Below are positions 1 to 8,229 of a DNA stretch of 11,280 bases, piece by piece (position 1 is the first letter of the stretch; each line of letters starts with the position of its first letter). A program made the position numbers and the translations under genes. This stretch comes from an uncultured bacterium. Its GTDB lineage: Bacteria > Hydrothermota > UBA3073 > NMUJ01. Under the pieces are notes generated by a model. It was given only the letters and a program-made list of their open reading frames with translations, did no database searches and was not told the origin of the DNA. The stretch spans positions 1 to 11,280 of the forward strand of contig CBFDTI010000042.1 of assembly GCA_965612795.1 (NCBI GenBank). Direction: 5' to 3'.

Positions 1-1
1 T

Positions 2-784
2 CCACCGACTTCACCATCACCTGAACTGGAGGTACATAGCCTTACCGTTGGTTATGATCGACGACCTGTTATCAAAGATTTCTCCTTTACCGTAAATAAG
101 GGGGAATGGGTTGCAATACTGGGGCCAAACGGTAGCGGTAAGAGTACCTTGCTCAAAACCTTAGCGTATATCATTAAGCCATGGACAGGTGAAATACTGT
201 TACGTGGTAAACCACTATCGAAGTTCACCCGACGTACACTTTCACAATGTATAGCATGGGTACCGGAAAGGAGTGAACTTAGTTTCCCGTTTTCCGTAGA
301 AGAGACCGTTCTTATGGGGCGTTACCCTTATAATTCACGTAACCCCACACGTGAAGATTGGTCCATAGCACGGTGGGCTATGGAGATCATGGAGGTATAT
401 GAGTTACGTGATCGCAATGTGCTTGAACTCTCTGCTGGCGAGTATAGACGCGTAATGTTGGCAAGGGCGCTCGCACAACAACCTTTAATACTGCTGTTGG
501 ATGAACCATCCGCACATCTCGATGTTAAGCACCAAGCCCATATATTTAAGCTATTATCTGAGCTACACAACAAGGGACAGACTATTATCATTGCATCACA
601 TAACCTAAACCTCGTAAGCTTATTCGTACCGAAGGTCATCCTCATAAAAGATGGTACCAAAAAGAAGGAAGGTATTACCCGAGACGTTTTGACCGAATCC
701 ATACTCACGGAGATATACAATACACAGCTGTCGCTGTTGAGACACCCAGAATACGATATACCTATTTTTCTACCGGAGCGTTGA
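2..784 (+). CDS. ABC transporter ATP-binding protein, iron-siderophore/cobalamin/heme (FepC/FhuC/BtuD-like) family; 5'-truncated by window edge
   Basis: Frame is open from base 2 (PPTSPSPELEVHSLTVGYDRRPVIKDFSF...). It includes Walker A GPNGSGKST upstream of the ORF-track start at 149, plus VLMGRYPY, signature LSAGE, Walker B/D-loop LLLDEPSAHLD and H-loop SHNL. Stop TGA at 782-784. Confidence 0.9.
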   Translation, partial: PPTSPSPELEVHSLTVGYDRRPVIKDFSFTVNKGEWVAILGPNGSGKSTLLKTLAYIIKPWTGEILLRGKPLSKFTRRTLSQCIAWVPERSELSFPFSVEETVLMGRYPYNSRNPTREDWSIARWAMEIMEVYELRDRNVLELSAGEYRRVMLARALAQQPLILLLDEPSAHLDVKHQAHIFKLLSELHNKGQTIIIASHNLNLVSLFVPKVILIKDGTKKKEGITRDVLTESILTEIYNTQLSLLRHPEYDIPIFLPER

Positions 785-786
785 CG

Positions 787-2172
787 TTACTCGACGGTAT
801 AGGAGGGTTCGACTGACTTTGCCTTTATTTTGTCGAGGTATTCCTCGATAAAGTGTGTGTGTAATTTAGCTGCACGGAATTCTGGGAGATTGAGGATCGC
901 CAGATGGAACGGTATCGTCGTTTTTATACCTTCGATTATGAACTCCTCAAGTGCACGTTGCATCCTTTTGACAGCTTCGTCACGTGTCTCACCATAAGCT
1001 ATAAGTTTGGCGATAAGCGAATCGTAATGTGGTGGTATCTTATATCCACAATATACGTGCGAATCCACTCTAATGTACGGACCACCGGGGAAATACAAGG
1101 CTTTGATTTCACCAGGGTTGGGTGCAAAGTCACGTTCAGGGTCCTCTGCATTTATACGACACTCTATAGCGTGACCGCGTATCTCTATATCTTCCTGACG
1201 ATATTTTAGTGGCTCACCTTCTGCAATCTTAATCTGTTCCTTTACTATATCAATACCGGTGACCATCTCTGTCACGGGGTGCTCCACCTGTACCCTTGTG
1301 TTCATCTCCATAAAGTAGAAGTTGCCAGCTTCATCCATCAGAAACTCTACCGTACCAGCACTCTCATACCCTATAGCTTTGGCAATCCTAACAGCGTACT
1401 CGCCTATTTTCATGCGCATTTCAGGTGTAACCGCTGGTGAGGGGGCTTCCTCGATCAGCTTCTGGTGTCTACGTTGTATCGAGCATTCACGTTCACCTAA
1501 GTGTATGACATTGCCATGGCTATCAGCCAATATCTGTACCTCAATATGGCGCGGTTTCACTATATACTTCTCGATGTATATTCGGTTATCACCAAACGCT
1601 ATACGGGCTTCCTCTTGTGCGGTGACAAATAGGCGTTCGAGCTCACTTTCATCATGTACGACTCGCATGCCACGACCGCCACCACCTGCAGCTGCTTTCA
1701 GTATCACGGGATAGCCGATGGAATTGGCCACCTTCTTCGCAGCACGTAGATCGTCCACCGGTTCATCTGTACCGGGGATTGTAGGTACACCCACATCTTT
1801 GGCAATTTTACGTGCCTGAATTTTATCACCCATAAGCTTGATTGCACGTGCTGGCGGGCCTATGAATTTGAACCCATTTTCTTCACAGATTTCGGCAAAG
1901 TTGGGGTTCTCAGCCAGGAACCCATACCCTGGATGTATAGCGTCTACGCCTCTAACTGAGGCTGCACTTATGATTTGCGGTATGTTAAGATAGCTTGCTT
2001 CGGATGGCGCCTCCCCTATACGTACGGATTCGTCCGAAAATATGGTGTGTAGTGAGTACTCGTCACCTGCAGAGAATATAGAAACTGTTTCGATATCCAG
2101 CTCCTTAGCTGCACGTATGATCCGTAGTGCTATTTCGCCACGATTCGCCACAAGTATGCGGTTGAACTTCAT
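787..2172 (-). CDS. accC: Biotin carboxylase (AccC-type; a pyruvate carboxylase subunit A role cannot be excluded)
   Basis: ILVANRGEIA, IHPGYGFLAEN, KAAAGGGGRGM, ERECSIQRRHQK, EMNTRVQVEHPVTE and ECRINAED motifs. The ATG at 2172 overlaps the rho stop (ATGA) and is preferred over GTG at 2178. Confidence 0.9.
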   Translation of the reverse strand: MKFNRILVANRGEIALRIIRAAKELDIETVSIFSAGDEYSLHTIFSDESVRIGEAPSEASYLNIPQIISAASVRGVDAIHPGYGFLAENPNFAEICEENGFKFIGPPARAIKLMGDKIQARKIAKDVGVPTIPGTDEPVDDLRAAKKVANSIGYPVILKAAAGGGGRGMRVVHDESELERLFVTAQEEARIAFGDNRIYIEKYIVKPRHIEVQILADSHGNVIHLGERECSIQRRHQKLIEEAPSPAVTPEMRMKIGEYAVRIAKAIGYESAGTVEFLMDEAGNFYFMEMNTRVQVEHPVTEMVTGIDIVKEQIKIAEGEPLKYRQEDIEIRGHAIECRINAEDPERDFAPNPGEIKALYFPGGPYIRVDSHVYCGYKIPPHYDSLIAKLIAYGETRDEAVKRMQRALEEFIIEGIKTTIPFHLAILNLPEFRAAKLHTHFIEEYLDKIKAKSVEPSYTVE

Positions 2173-3428
2173 TGCCACAGGTCGGGGTGATCCAAAAATT
2201 CCTTGTTATTCTTTGTGCGTTGCATCCTAGCTATGAGGTGGGTCATCGCCTCGATGGGGTTCATCTCAGCCAATACCTTACGTAGGATCCATACCCTTTG
2301 TAGCTCCTTTTCGGTAAGTATTAGCTCTTCACGTCGGGTACCGGATTTGTTCAAGTCGATCGCTGGGAATATTCTCCTATCGGCGAGTTCACGTGATAGG
2401 ACCAGCTCCATGTTACCGGTACCCTTGAACTCCTCGAAAATAACCTCATCCATACGGCTACCGGTTTCTATGAGTGCCGTACCTATTATAGTGAGTGAAC
2501 CGCCCTCAAGTATGTTACGGGCAGCACCGAAGAATTTCTTTGGCTTATGTAAAGCATAAGCTTCTATACCACCGGACATTGTACGTCCGCTATGTGGTAT
2601 GATTGCATTGTTTGCACGTGTCAACCTTGTTATACTGTCGAGCAATATGACCACATCTTTGCCAAGCTCTACCATACGCTTGGCACGTTCCAACACAATA
2701 GTAGCTACATGTACGTGCTTTTCGGGTGATTCATCGAATGTCGAACTTATGATTTCGGCACGTTTCACCTGTTGTTTCATATCTGTCACCTCTTCCGGAC
2801 GCTCATCTATAAGCAGTATTATGAGGTGTATCTCGGGATGATTTTCGTTTATGCTATTGGCGATCTTCTGTAACAGGACCGTCTTACCCGCACGTGGTGG
2901 CGAAACTATTAAACCGCGTTGCCCCTTACCCATGGGTACGAACAGGTCGACAATTCTCATCGATATATCGCCATCTTTGCGCTCCAAGTGTATGCGTTCG
3001 GTGGGATAGAATGGAACCAGGTTCTCGAATACTGGGCGGGTTTTGGCTTTTTCAGGGTCGTCAAAGTTTACACTGTCCACCCTGAGTATCGCTTTGTAGC
3101 GTTCACCCTGTTTCGGTGACCGTACCACTCCAGTGATGAAATCGCCAGGCCTCAACCCTAACCTCTTTATCTGTGATGGTGATACGTAAATATCGTTTGG
3201 CCCCTGCATGTAACCGTATTCGGGTGACCGTAGGAAACCAAACCCTTCCTCGTGTATCTCGAGTACACCGCAACCAAACTCTTCACCAGCTTTTTCGGCT
3301 TCACGTTTTAAGATGGCAAGGATTAGGCTTTCCTTATCCTCCATACTGTCTTCTATGTGTTCACGTTGTGCTATCTCACGTAATTCTTCCAAACTCTTAT
3401 CCTTAAGTTCAACGACACTCAATCCCAT
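2169..3428 (-). CDS. rho: Transcription termination factor Rho
   Basis: GFGFLR and DIYVSPSQI (RNA-binding), GKGQRGLIVSPPRAGKT (Walker A), LIDERPEEVTD, DSITRL and FKGTGNMEL. 419 aa with no N-terminal insertion. AAGGAGG SD upstream. Confidence 0.98.
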   Translation of the reverse strand: MGLSVVELKDKSLEELREIAQREHIEDSMEDKESLILAILKREAEKAGEEFGCGVLEIHEEGFGFLRSPEYGYMQGPNDIYVSPSQIKRLGLRPGDFITGVVRSPKQGERYKAILRVDSVNFDDPEKAKTRPVFENLVPFYPTERIHLERKDGDISMRIVDLFVPMGKGQRGLIVSPPRAGKTVLLQKIANSINENHPEIHLIILLIDERPEEVTDMKQQVKRAEIISSTFDESPEKHVHVATIVLERAKRMVELGKDVVILLDSITRLTRANNAIIPHSGRTMSGGIEAYALHKPKKFFGAARNILEGGSLTIIGTALIETGSRMDEVIFEEFKGTGNMELVLSRELADRRIFPAIDLNKSGTRREELILTEKELQRVWILRKVLAEMNPIEAMTHLIARMQRTKNNKEFLDHPDLWQ

Positions 3429-3466
3429 ACACCCTCCTTTTGTGTAAATTAAACAAATAGACTATT

Positions 3467-4393
3467 TTACTTAAAACATTCTGCCTTACGTAAAAGTAAC
3501 TCCCACTTGTGGTCCACCTCTTCCTGTATCCTCTCAAGCATCTCTTTATTATCACCACGGAAAAGGTGGTTGAACCGTCCCTGTAACTTTAGCCATTCTG
3601 TTACAGGTAATTTCTCTCGTGGTTTATAAGATATGCGGTAATGTCCATTGTCAACCTCATACAATGGCCAGAAGCATGTATCGGTTGCGAGCTTCGATAT
3701 CTGTATCGTAAGGTGTGGTGGATAACGCCACCCTACCGGGCATGGTGACAATACGTTGATAAACGATGGCCCATCAGCTGCTAAGGCTTTTTCAACCTTT
3801 CGGGTAAGATCCATCCAGTTGTGTGGTGCCGCCTGTGCCGCGTATGGTATATCGTGGGCAACGACGATCTCGGTTAGATCCTTACGGGGTTGCGTTTTAC
3901 CAGGTATTACCCTACCAGCAGGTGATGTGGTTGTATGTGCACATGTGGGGGTGGCACTCGACCGCTGTATACCGGTATTCATGTATGCCTCGTTATCGTA
4001 ACACACGTAGAGAAACTTATGGCCACGTTCGAGTGCACCCGACAGTGCCTGCAACCCTATATCGTATGTACCGCCATCGCCACCGAATGCGATGATATTC
4101 ATCTTCTTCTTGAGTTTACCCTTACGTGATAGCGCCCTATATGCGGCTTCGATACCGCTGGCGACAGCGGCTGCATTTTCGAACGCCACGTGGATAAATG
4201 GTATATTCCATGCGGTATAAGGGAAGATCGTACTCACCACTTCTATGCAACCGGTACATATCACACCTATTGTGTCGGGCCCGGCTGCCATCAGTACCTG
4301 GTTCATGACGATGGCGGGTCCGCATCCCGAACATGCACGATGACCGGATGCAAATAAGCCCTTGTTTTTGACCAATTCCTGTATCTTAGGCAT
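3467..4393 (-). CDS. porB: Pyruvate/2-oxoacid:ferredoxin oxidoreductase beta subunit (TPP-binding)
   Basis: GHRACSGCG, TGC, GGDGGTYDIG, YDNEAYMNTGIQRS and SPCP motifs. GGAGGT SD overlaps the porA stop. Confidence 0.95.
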   Translation of the reverse strand: MPKIQELVKNKGLFASGHRACSGCGPAIVMNQVLMAAGPDTIGVICTGCIEVVSTIFPYTAWNIPFIHVAFENAAAVASGIEAAYRALSRKGKLKKKMNIIAFGGDGGTYDIGLQALSGALERGHKFLYVCYDNEAYMNTGIQRSSATPTCAHTTTSPAGRVIPGKTQPRKDLTEIVVAHDIPYAAQAAPHNWMDLTRKVEKALAADGPSFINVLSPCPVGWRYPPHLTIQISKLATDTCFWPLYEVDNGHYRISYKPREKLPVTEWLKLQGRFNHLFRGDNKEMLERIQEEVDHKWELLLRKAECFK

Positions 4394-4401
4394 GACACCT
4401 C

Positions 4402-5574
4402 CTACTCTCTAACACCTACAAAGTTGATGGGTTGAGTTATTTCACCTTTTTCGAGCATCTCGTGGCTCTTCTTGCCAACCGCTACTATATCGTCGACGTC
4501 GATCTCTCTACCACCTAACCCATAAATGTAGTTAACTATAAGGGGACGTCTCTCTAACTCGTACAATGCGGAACGTAGTTCAACAAATACAGGGCCACCC
4601 ATCGTGCTCATGGTATCGGAGCGATCCATGACGGAGATTATCTTCTTATCAGCCAACAGCTTACGTAGATCTTCGTGATAGAATGGGCGCATCACACGTA
4701 GCTTCAATAGCCCCACTTTTAGACCAGCCTCACGTAAGCGGTCGATGGCAAGTTTGGCCGTACCGGCGGTACTCGATAGCGCTATGATCACCTCATCTGC
4801 ATCGTCAAACTTGTATAGCTCGAATATATCGTAGGATTTGTTAAACTTCTGGTTGAACTCCTGTATTACCTGTTTGATGATGGGTTTAGCCTGTAGCATC
4901 GCCTCTATCTGTGCACGCTTATGTTCGAAGTAATAGTCAGTGAGGTCGAGTGGCCCCACTGTAAATGGCTTATCAGCGAACAGCAACCGATACGGGTGTT
5001 TGGGTTCGCCGAGAAATTCCTGTACGGCAGCATCCTCAAGCACATGTACAGGTTGTGTGCAGTGGCTGGAGATAAACCCATCTATCGATACCATCACCGG
5101 TAACAGTGCACGTTCGGCAATCGCCATACCCTGTATCACAAAATCGTACCCTTCTTGTGCATCTTCGGTGTAGATCTGTATCCAGCCGGATTCACGTGAC
5201 CCCATAGTATCGGAGTGATCACAGTGTATGTTGATAGGTGCCGATAGTGAGCGGTTAACCTCACATATCACTATAGGTAACCTAAGGGCGGCTGCGATGT
5301 ACAGCATTTCATGCATTAAGGCTAACCCCTGTGATGCAGTGCTTGTCATCACACGACCGCCGGCAGCTGCTGCACCTATGCATGCACTTAATGCACTATG
5401 TTCGCTTTCGACGGCTACGAATTCGGTATCCACAAGCCCATCAGCTACGAAGTTGGAGAACAGCTGTACGATTTCAGTTGCTGGTGTTATGGGGTATGCA
5501 GCCACCACGTCAGGGTTTATCTGACGCATGGCTTCTGCCATGGCTTCGTTACCTGTTAGTGGTTTGAGTGGCAT
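4402..5574 (-). CDS. porA: Pyruvate/2-oxoacid:ferredoxin oxidoreductase alpha subunit
   Basis: TGNEA, AAYPITP, ESEHSA, TASQGLALMHE and NRSLSAPINIHCDH motifs. Start moved to ATG 5574 (MPLKPLTGNEA), which follows AAAGGAGGT; the ORF-track extension to 5661 overlaps porD. Confidence 0.95.
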   Translation of the reverse strand: MPLKPLTGNEAMAEAMRQINPDVVAAYPITPATEIVQLFSNFVADGLVDTEFVAVESEHSALSACIGAAAAGGRVMTSTASQGLALMHEMLYIAAALRLPIVICEVNRSLSAPINIHCDHSDTMGSRESGWIQIYTEDAQEGYDFVIQGMAIAERALLPVMVSIDGFISSHCTQPVHVLEDAAVQEFLGEPKHPYRLLFADKPFTVGPLDLTDYYFEHKRAQIEAMLQAKPIIKQVIQEFNQKFNKSYDIFELYKFDDADEVIIALSSTAGTAKLAIDRLREAGLKVGLLKLRVMRPFYHEDLRKLLADKKIISVMDRSDTMSTMGGPVFVELRSALYELERRPLIVNYIYGLGGREIDVDDIVAVGKKSHEMLEKGEITQPINFVGVRE

Positions 5575-5585
5575 AGCACCTCCTT

Positions 5586-5879
5586 TTATATTTCCATGAA
5601 CTCTTTTTCGGGTCGCATATCTATCGCTTTTCTGGGACATTCGTTCGCACATATGCCGCACCCTTTACAGTAGTCGTAATCGATACCTACCATCTTGTTA
5701 TCCTTAACCATTATAGCGTCGTCAGGACAGTACATCACACAGATGAGACAGTGTATACACTTATCTTCGTGCCATATGGGGCGATCGCTACGCCAATCAC
5801 CTGTCTTGTAGGCTTTGGATGTACCGCCTTCGGGTATTATTGCACCAATTGCTAAATCACGCCAACCTTTAGGTTTCAT
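5586..5879 (-). CDS. porD: Pyruvate/2-oxoacid:ferredoxin oxidoreductase delta subunit (2x[4Fe-4S])
   Basis: KTGDWR plus two ferredoxin motifs, CIHCLICVMYCP and CKGCGICANECP. ATGA overlap with the gamma subunit stop. Confidence 0.95.
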   Translation of the reverse strand: MKPKGWRDLAIGAIIPEGGTSKAYKTGDWRSDRPIWHEDKCIHCLICVMYCPDDAIMVKDNKMVGIDYDYCKGCGICANECPRKAIDMRPEKEFMEI

Positions 5880-6457
5880 GCTTCCCTCACTTCGTTATAT
5901 GCACGTTTGATGGCCTCAAGGTTTACATCCACCAGTTGTGGGCGATCACGGAACTTAGCACGTAGCTTAGCTTCGGTATCTTTGAGCAGCTCCTCCAGGC
6001 TGATGATACCTGTCACCCGTACAAGTGCACCCAACATCGGTGTGTTAGGTATGTCACGTTTGAGTGTATCGCGAGCTATACCGGAAGCGTCTATCGTGTA
6101 GAGTTTCTGAGTGGGTTTAAGGCCGAGCTTTTTACGTAACTCCTGTGGCGACATGGGGGTGTTAACGATGATGATACCGTCATCTTTTAGACCTTCGACA
6201 ACGTTCTCACTCTTGATGAGTGTGGGGTCTAACACAACCACTACATCTGGGGTCTTGATCCCTGAATGTATGGTTATGGGTTTGTCCGACAGCCTGTTGT
6301 ATGCACGTACGGGTGCACCTGTACGTTCGGGCCCATACTCGGGAAACCCTTGAAAGAATTTACCCGTCGCCATACATGCGGTACCGAAAAGCAGGGCTGC
6401 AGTTTTGGCACCCTGGCCACCGCGACCATGCCAGCGTATCTCAAAGTATTCACCCAT
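5876..6457 (-). CDS. porC: Pyruvate/2-oxoacid:ferredoxin oxidoreductase gamma subunit
   Basis: EIRWHGRGGQGAKTA, FPEYGPERTGAPV, PDVVVVLDPTL and PNTPMLGA motifs. TAATG overlap with the dnaX stop; AGGAGG SD. Confidence 0.95.
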   Translation of the reverse strand: MGEYFEIRWHGRGGQGAKTAALLFGTACMATGKFFQGFPEYGPERTGAPVRAYNRLSDKPITIHSGIKTPDVVVVLDPTLIKSENVVEGLKDDGIIIVNTPMSPQELRKKLGLKPTQKLYTIDASGIARDTLKRDIPNTPMLGALVRVTGIISLEELLKDTEAKLRAKFRDRPQLVDVNLEAIKRAYNEVREA

Positions 6458-7734
6458 TATGCCTCCTTTTTGTTGATCAGCTCCGCATCAAATAGTGAGA
6501 TGGCCTTAGCTACAATTTCGGGCATCTCAGGTTTAGTGGGTTTACTTTCGGTTTTTTCATGGGGCTCAATCGATGCCTTTAAATTTACTGGTGGGGATGG
6601 TTCGGTCAAGCTTGATGGTTCGAGCTTTTCGATCTTTTCCAGTAGCTCCCTAAGCACCACGGGGGATAGTGAGGCAAGTTGCATGAGGTTCTCCTCAAGT
6701 ACTGCCTCAGGTAGTAAGCTGCCACGAAGTTCGCGATCTACGTTTGATAGATATTTTAGCTTACGTAGCAGTGAGATAGGGGTTTCGTCAAGTTGCAGGT
6801 AATGTTGCTTCTTTGTTTCACTTATACCCAAGTCCTTACCCATAAGTAGCAACAGGTGTTCACGATAGTGCTGTATGAGGCCATCGAGTATCTCCTTGGG
6901 GGTGTAGCCTTTATCAAAGCTCTCCTCGAGTAGGTTGAAAATAGTGTTATAATCCTCGTTGTTTAATGCTTCATGTAGTGCAAAGAATAGCTGTTCGTCA
7001 GGTAGGCCAAGCAACTCACGTACGTGTGCGGTGGTTATGGTACCCTCAGCATATGAGGTAAGTTGATCCAGCAACCCCTCCGCATCACGTAGTGAACCGT
7101 CAGCTTTTTGGGCTATCATCAACAGTGCCTCATCTTCGACGGTTAGCCCTTCGTTGGAGGCGATCTCTTTAAGTTTGTTGTAGATGAGCGATACTTCGAT
7201 CTTTTTGAAATTGAACCGCTGGCATCTTGACAGTATCGTAAGCGGTACCTTATGTGGTGCAGTAGTTGCGAATATGAATATAACGTGAGGTGGTGGCTCC
7301 TCGAGCGTCTTCAGTAGCGCATTGAAAGCTTCCTGTGTGAGCATATGTACCTCATCGATTATATAGACACGATATCTGCCAAGTTGTGGCATGTAGCGTA
7401 CGCTCTCGCGTATGCTGCGTACCTCGTCTATACCGCGGTGTGAGGCGCCATCTATTTCGACAACGTCCATACTCTTACCCTCTTGTATAGCGATACAGGA
7501 TGTGCATGTGTTGCATGGTGTGACGGTGGGACCTTGCTTGCAGTTGAGCGATTTGGCGAATATCCTTGCCATGGTGGTTTTACCTACACCACGATGGCCC
7601 GCAAATAGCAATGCATGTGGTATACGGGAGAGTTTGATCGCATTTTTGAGCGTACGTACGATGTGGTCCTGACCCACTACTTCGTCGAAACTCTTTGGCC
7701 GATACTTAAGGGCAAAAACTTGGTATTTACCCAT
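6457..7734 (-). CDS. dnaX: DNA polymerase III subunit gamma/tau
   Basis: ALKYRPKSFDEVVGQ, Walker A GHRGVGKTT, Zn motif C..PCNTCTSC, IIDEVHML, AFNALLKTLEEPP, SRC and GSLRDA. Confidence 0.97.
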   Translation of the reverse strand: MGKYQVFALKYRPKSFDEVVGQDHIVRTLKNAIKLSRIPHALLFAGHRGVGKTTMARIFAKSLNCKQGPTVTPCNTCTSCIAIQEGKSMDVVEIDGASHRGIDEVRSIRESVRYMPQLGRYRVYIIDEVHMLTQEAFNALLKTLEEPPPHVIFIFATTAPHKVPLTILSRCQRFNFKKIEVSLIYNKLKEIASNEGLTVEDEALLMIAQKADGSLRDAEGLLDQLTSYAEGTITTAHVRELLGLPDEQLFFALHEALNNEDYNTIFNLLEESFDKGYTPKEILDGLIQHYREHLLLLMGKDLGISETKKQHYLQLDETPISLLRKLKYLSNVDRELRGSLLPEAVLEENLMQLASLSPVVLRELLEKIEKLEPSSLTEPSPPVNLKASIEPHEKTESKPTKPEMPEIVAKAISLFDAELINKKEA

Positions 7735-7754
7735 TGTAGATTGGGAAATTTACA

Positions 7755-7827
7755 TGGAGGGTACGGGAATCGAACCCGTGACCTCGGGCTTGCGATGCCC
7801 GCGCTCTCCCAACTGAGCTAACCCCCC
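7755..7827 (-). tRNA. tRNA-Ala (anticodon CGC), CCA not encoded
   Basis: Minus strand reads GGGGGGT-TA-GCTCAGTTGGGAGAGC-G-CGGGC-ATCGCAA-GCCCG-AGGTC-ACGGG-TTCGATT-CCCGT-ACCCTCC-A. This is a full 73-nt cloverleaf with the G3:U70 alanine identity pair and A73, followed by TGT rather than CCA. Confidence 0.97.
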
Positions 7828-7835
7828 CTTGGCAT

Positions 7836-7865
7836 ATAAAATTAAGTGGTGATACTGGATGTCAA
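7836..7865 (-). promoter_or_regulatory. Putative sigma70-type promoter for tRNA-Ala/dnaX/por transcript
   Basis: Perfect TTGACA at 7865-7860. The -10 is imperfect (TTTTAT at 18-bp spacing or TAATTT at 15-bp spacing) and lies just upstream of the tRNA 5' end. Confidence 0.6.
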
Positions 7866-7882
7866 TAAGTGAGTCGAAGCTT

Positions 7883-7953
7883 CCCCACTGTGCCTCAAGG
7901 TTGCCAAATGGGTCGAACCTGTATCGCTTCACAATGTTACTATCCTCATCCAT
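7883..7953 (-). repeat. 71-bp direct repeat, copy 1: isolated Rhs core fragment (MDEDSNIVKRYRFDPFGNLEAQWG)
   Basis: 69/71 identical to 10485-10555, with mismatches at 7906/10508 and 7947/10549. Homology extends 5 bp further (aagtg) after a 6-bp indel. Confidence 0.97.
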
Positions 7954-8229
7954 AAGTGTCTCTATCTAAAAGTTTAACGTCCATATTTTCAAATCAAGTG
8001 CCACATTTTAAACTGTCAAATTCAAGTATACCCGTTATTCTTCATCATGTGACATCAATATCATGGAACTCATATATAGCATTGGGGTATTAATAAGCTG
8101 AAAAATATGTGCTCCTTCCTTCTTCATTCCATATCAATTCTATATCTATATTGATATAGATACGTATTTATTCGTTTTGTGTCCCCTACGTTAAGATCAT
8201 ACAATCCGATTGGTGACATTTAGTTATCT

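Noticed and set aside
5575..5661. N-terminal extension of porA in the ORF track
   Set aside because: It overlaps porD, and a strong SD precedes ATG 5574.
7201..7210. Possible dnaX -1 frameshift site (TTTCAAAAAG on the minus strand)
   Set aside because: It has only five As and lies inside the AAA+ domain, far from where gamma/tau frameshifts occur.
1..7734. Very frequent CACGT/TACGT/ACGTG words
   Set aside because: They are mostly explained by CGT Arg codon preference, and spacing is irregular, so this is not a repeat array.
328..7821. Numerous antisense or alternate-frame ORFs (e.g. 328-720, 904-1209, 1322-1714, 6266-6802, 7412-7672, 7615-7821)
   Set aside because: They are shadows of well-supported genes or the tRNA, with no recognisable motifs.
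7750..7953. 67-aa ORF MDEDSNIVKRYRFDPFG...
   Set aside because: Only the first 24 codons are the Rhs repeat; the rest reads through the tRNA promoter and the tRNA itself. No clear SD.
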